A stretch of DNA of 64,000 bases from Phoronis australis. Taxonomy: Eukaryota; Animalia; Phoronida. Below the pieces are notes generated by a model. The model searched no databases. It was not told the origin of the DNA and was given only the letters and a program-made list of their open reading frames with translations. Position numbers and translations under genes: made by a program. Where the stretch lies: positions 71,632 through 135,631 of the forward strand of contig NMRA01000327.1 in the NCBI GenBank assembly GCA_002633005.1, written 5' to 3'. Shown here piece after piece: positions 60,386 to 64,000 of the stretch. Position 1 is the stretch's first letter, and each line of letters starts with the position of its first letter.

Positions 60386-63300
60386 CTTCAACGAATATGG
60401 AAACAACCACAACAGAGCATAAGACGACTGTGATGAAACGTCAAGCAACTACGGACACAACTCAGAGTGAACTGTCAAAAACAACCACGGAGATTACTCC
60501 CACGAATGGCGCTTCTAGTCAGCTACCAACCACTGCAGAGACACCGACAGAACCTATGCCCGCTTCTACGTCACCAATGTATGCTAGTCCAGAATCATAC
60601 CCGCCAAAGGAAGTTTCCACGAATTCGGCCCCTCAAACGTCAATTAAAACGTCCGTATATATTACACAATATACGTCATCAGAAAACGTCCAGATTTTTA
60701 CAACCAGCAAGCCTCGTTTCCAAACGACATACGCGCTCGAAAGAACCAGTAAGTTTAGTTTGTTTAAATACTAAATGGGAAGTAACCTCTCGCCTGCGAA
60801 AAAACGACTTTTGATTTCAAGCGTTTCAAAACCGGCCCCATCTTGTTGCTTACTCAATTTGAAAATAATTCTTTGGCTTGTAAAGAACTGAAAAATCGTT
60901 TTCGCTGCAGACCATGTCTATTAAAGTTTTGTAGAACCTTATTGACAAGTCTATACATTTGTCAAATATCTACAAAACTGTAGAATTTAACTCAGCAAAA
61001 GTATATATTTTCTGAGAGCAGAAACCCCGTAAAATTTTACTGTTATTATATTCCATTTTTTCATCAATAGGCTAACGACGTGCTTTTTAGTAAAATTTAC
61101 GAAGAAAGAAAGGTACGTTAAACAAAAACAGGATGAAGTATAATTTCGTGTGATATAAATGTTCAAGACAAAATCTCAAAGCGCTCTTACAGTTTTCTAA
61201 ATTATCGTTCCGTTTTTGCTTTAACCAACTCTTTTACAAAAATCATATAAGTCACGTGTTTTTCTCGTGGAAAAATGGAACATTTGCAAAACAATTTTGA
61301 ATAGCGTTCTAGAGAACAGTGCATAAAACCTAATAACTGAAAGTTTTTTATGAATCCTTTCAGCCACCTATAAGATATGATGTTGCGAATTTGGCCAAAA
61401 TTGAGCATTTTTCTATGGTCGTACATAACCTTAAGTCACTTGTCACGGGGGGTTAGTTTTAATCGTGAAGGCAGCATGGATGCCAACGGAATTCTGTCCG
61501 ATTTATTGCACCAAATTCATTTCAAACAAAGGATAAAAAAACGATGACATTGCTTTGAAAGAGCAAATATGCCTGTAAAAAAGTTGATCTTTAATGCCAG
61601 AACATGGTTCGCACCGTGCGTCCCGTAGGCGCGGAAACTTAGCGAAAGGTCAATATCACGCAAAGCACGTGGTCACACTAGCTTTCTGCACGAGATTCTT
61701 GCCTCTACTTAACTCAATCTAATTTTTGTACTCAAAACGAACTCGAATTATTTTTGTCAATTTCAGTGCAACTTTTGTGCGAATTCAAGATAAATGGGTT
61801 ATTAGACTGTGCTCGAATACATTATAGTTTACGCATATGAGGTTCTTGTTCAAGTTTGCACTTGATGACCCTTATATTCGTACTACAAACTCGAGTAAAA
61901 ACCCGAAATTTAGAGTTCAAACTCGAACTTTTATCCTTAATGTTGGGTTTATGAACTGAAAACTAGGACTAAAGATTATCCACGTAAGTCATTATCTACT
62001 GGAGCACAGATTAATAGACACTTATCTTGAGTTAGCACAAAAGTAGCGTAAAGTTCCATTTCGAGTAAAAAGATTAGAACCCGGGCCCTGGGCTTCTTAC
62101 TGCCTAAGATTCAAATTACAGACCAAGAGTACTCGACAATGCAAAATGTGTTTGCCAAACCGTGACCGAACACGATTCCGCCTTTTTCCCATCCCTATAA
62201 CAGACCAAATCAATAATTTGTTAAAAAGACGCCGGTTGGTCGGACTTTCCTAAATTGGGCAGCTTAATAACATCCACTGAAGACCTAGCATTTCCTTTTG
62301 AATGCAAAACTAAATTGCTAAGCAAATTTACAAAACTGGTGCCGTGGTCTAATCGTTTTACTCGAAATCGAACTCGAAAGTCACCAATAATAACGTCACA
62401 TTGTCACCAGTCACGTTGATAATGTTGAACAATGTACTTGAGGTTATGAAAAACTTTTCCAGCAGATCTGTTTTGAAGTTTTGTGTTACTCAGCCCCGTT
62501 AGTTAGCGGTTATCAGCCTACTTCAGTATTTTCGTGTTTAGGTTATAAGTTAAGTAGAAATGCTCCTTTAAGAACTAGATTGCCCAATTATATCTTGTAG
62601 GCCTACTTGGAATCATTCATAAATGGTTTCGGAAAATATTTCAACTGCAGTCTTTTTCGAAATACACTTTAACTCTAATTTTCAATGTAGCTACAAACTC
62701 CCGGCCAACACATCCAGCAACAACACGTCATATGTCCACAAGACGTCCAACGACCAATACGCAAATCCCGCCATCTACCGCCCACGATCCCCCCGTTAGA
62801 AGTGAGCCATCACGCACGCTGGATACCCGCATTTATGAAACGACTCAAGATGGCGACCAGACAGAGGAAGTCACTCGTAGTCTCACAGCAACCAATGCCT
62901 TGGACGTGTCGACAGCTAGTTTAAATATGGGTGTTGTGGTTGCTATTTTTTTCGTTGTCCTCATTTTGTTAGTTATTATGAGTATCGCAGCTTTCAAACT
63001 TTGGCGTCGTAAAAAGCGTCGAAACCACATCGCAGCTTCCCGTGAACACCTAGAGAGTGACCCGGATATCGTGACTGCGAGTTGTGGAAGTACTGAATCT
63101 AGCTTCGAGATGTTAGCATCTCTCGAACAAGATGAAGAGGGCTTTGAAAAGGTCACTGTAGAAAACCGCCACAATAAGACTAACGCTGGTCACTCAAAGA
63201 CATTCATAGACCCTGCTTTTACTTCACCGTATGGTTCAGAAAGACACGAGACGATTGACAGGGCAAGAGCAAGCCTTGTTGAACACCGCGGTTCTTTAGC

Positions 63301-63421
63301 GAGGTCCGTGTCTTCAGTCAAACTCACAGACTTGCGCATTATGCAGAGACGTCGTGGTCAATGGAGACGAAAACGATCAAGTGGGAATGCCAACATGTGT
63401 TCCAAAGTAAAAAGGGTCTGA
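60386..63421 (+). CDS. Alternative 3' module (isoform B) of the same gene: Thr-rich stalk exon 60386-60748 plus terminal TM/cytoplasmic exon 62691-63421
   Basis: Both exons open with phase-1 acceptors (actag|CT, atgtag|CT) compatible with the phase-1 donor at 57980/57981. I found no separate signal-peptide exon between 59507 and 60386. TM is MGVVVAIFFVVLILLVIMSIAAFKLW followed by RRKKRR. Confidence 0.72.
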
Positions 63422-63575
63422 CTGGTCTTCACCTTAGGCCACGTGGCTTGTAAGAGTCACAGTGGAGCAGACAATTCTTTTCTGGTGATAGCTACTCCGG
63501 TGGAAAAAGTGTACCGTGTAGGACGTTCTATTGTTTTGTCTATTTGAATATGTGGTTTGATTATATTTTATTTTA

Positions 63576-63972
63576 CTATTTAGAATTAGCAAGTTTATAT
63601 TTTATATCTGATGCATAGTATTATTCTTGTTATTGTCATCTGAACTGTAAAAGATTACTTTTAAGAGATTATTTCTGTGACTTGGAGATTTTGTAAATAC
63701 TTTTAGAGCTTAATTCCGTTTCTTTAAATTTGAGATATCTTTGTAGAGCTCTAGAGTCAAAGTATGACGTTCTGTTGATTTGTCAGTCTATGTGAACGTT
63801 TAATTATCCTTACTGTTTAGAAATAGTATGGCAAGTTTACTTAACATATCTTATGCATAATATTACTCTTGTTATTGCCATCTAAACTGTAAAAGTTTAT
63901 TTCTGTGACTTTGAGATTTTGTAAGTTCTTTATGAGCATACTTCCGTTTCTGAAATGTAGATCTTTAGAGCC
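63576..63972. repeat. Diverged ~240-bp tandem duplication downstream of the isoform B stop
   Basis: TTAGAA...GCAAGTTTA...TCTTGTTATTG.CATCT.AACTGTAAAAG...TTATTTCTGTGACTT.GAGATTTTGTAA occurs twice. Confidence 0.75.
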
Positions 63973-64000
63973 AAAGATTTCATATTCATTATTCATCCTT

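Overview
AT-rich, intron-containing animal genomic DNA, probably an invertebrate bilaterian (the species cannot be determined from sequence). It holds three conserved housekeeping genes, all reconstructed by hand with GT-AG introns and consistent phases. FAH is on + with its first exon apparently outside the window. POLR2G/RPB7 is on -, tail-to-tail with FAH, and MRPL4 is on +, head-to-head with POLR2G. The right half (31674-63421) is one large gene I do not recognise. It encodes a type I membrane protein: signal peptide, three tandem ~125-aa copies of an unfamiliar beta-rich domain, one EGF-like module, symmetric phase-1 Ser/Thr-rich stalk exons, and two alternative, mutually homologous transmembrane plus cytoplasmic terminal modules. 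Introns are dense with mobile DNA: Helentron/HINE-like elements carrying co-oriented arrays of CTCF-consensus motifs, hAT-like MITEs with 5-6 bp TSDs, Kolobok/THAP remnants, Penelope GIY-YIG remnants, an RTE LINE, a Gypsy remnant, and mini/microsatellites.
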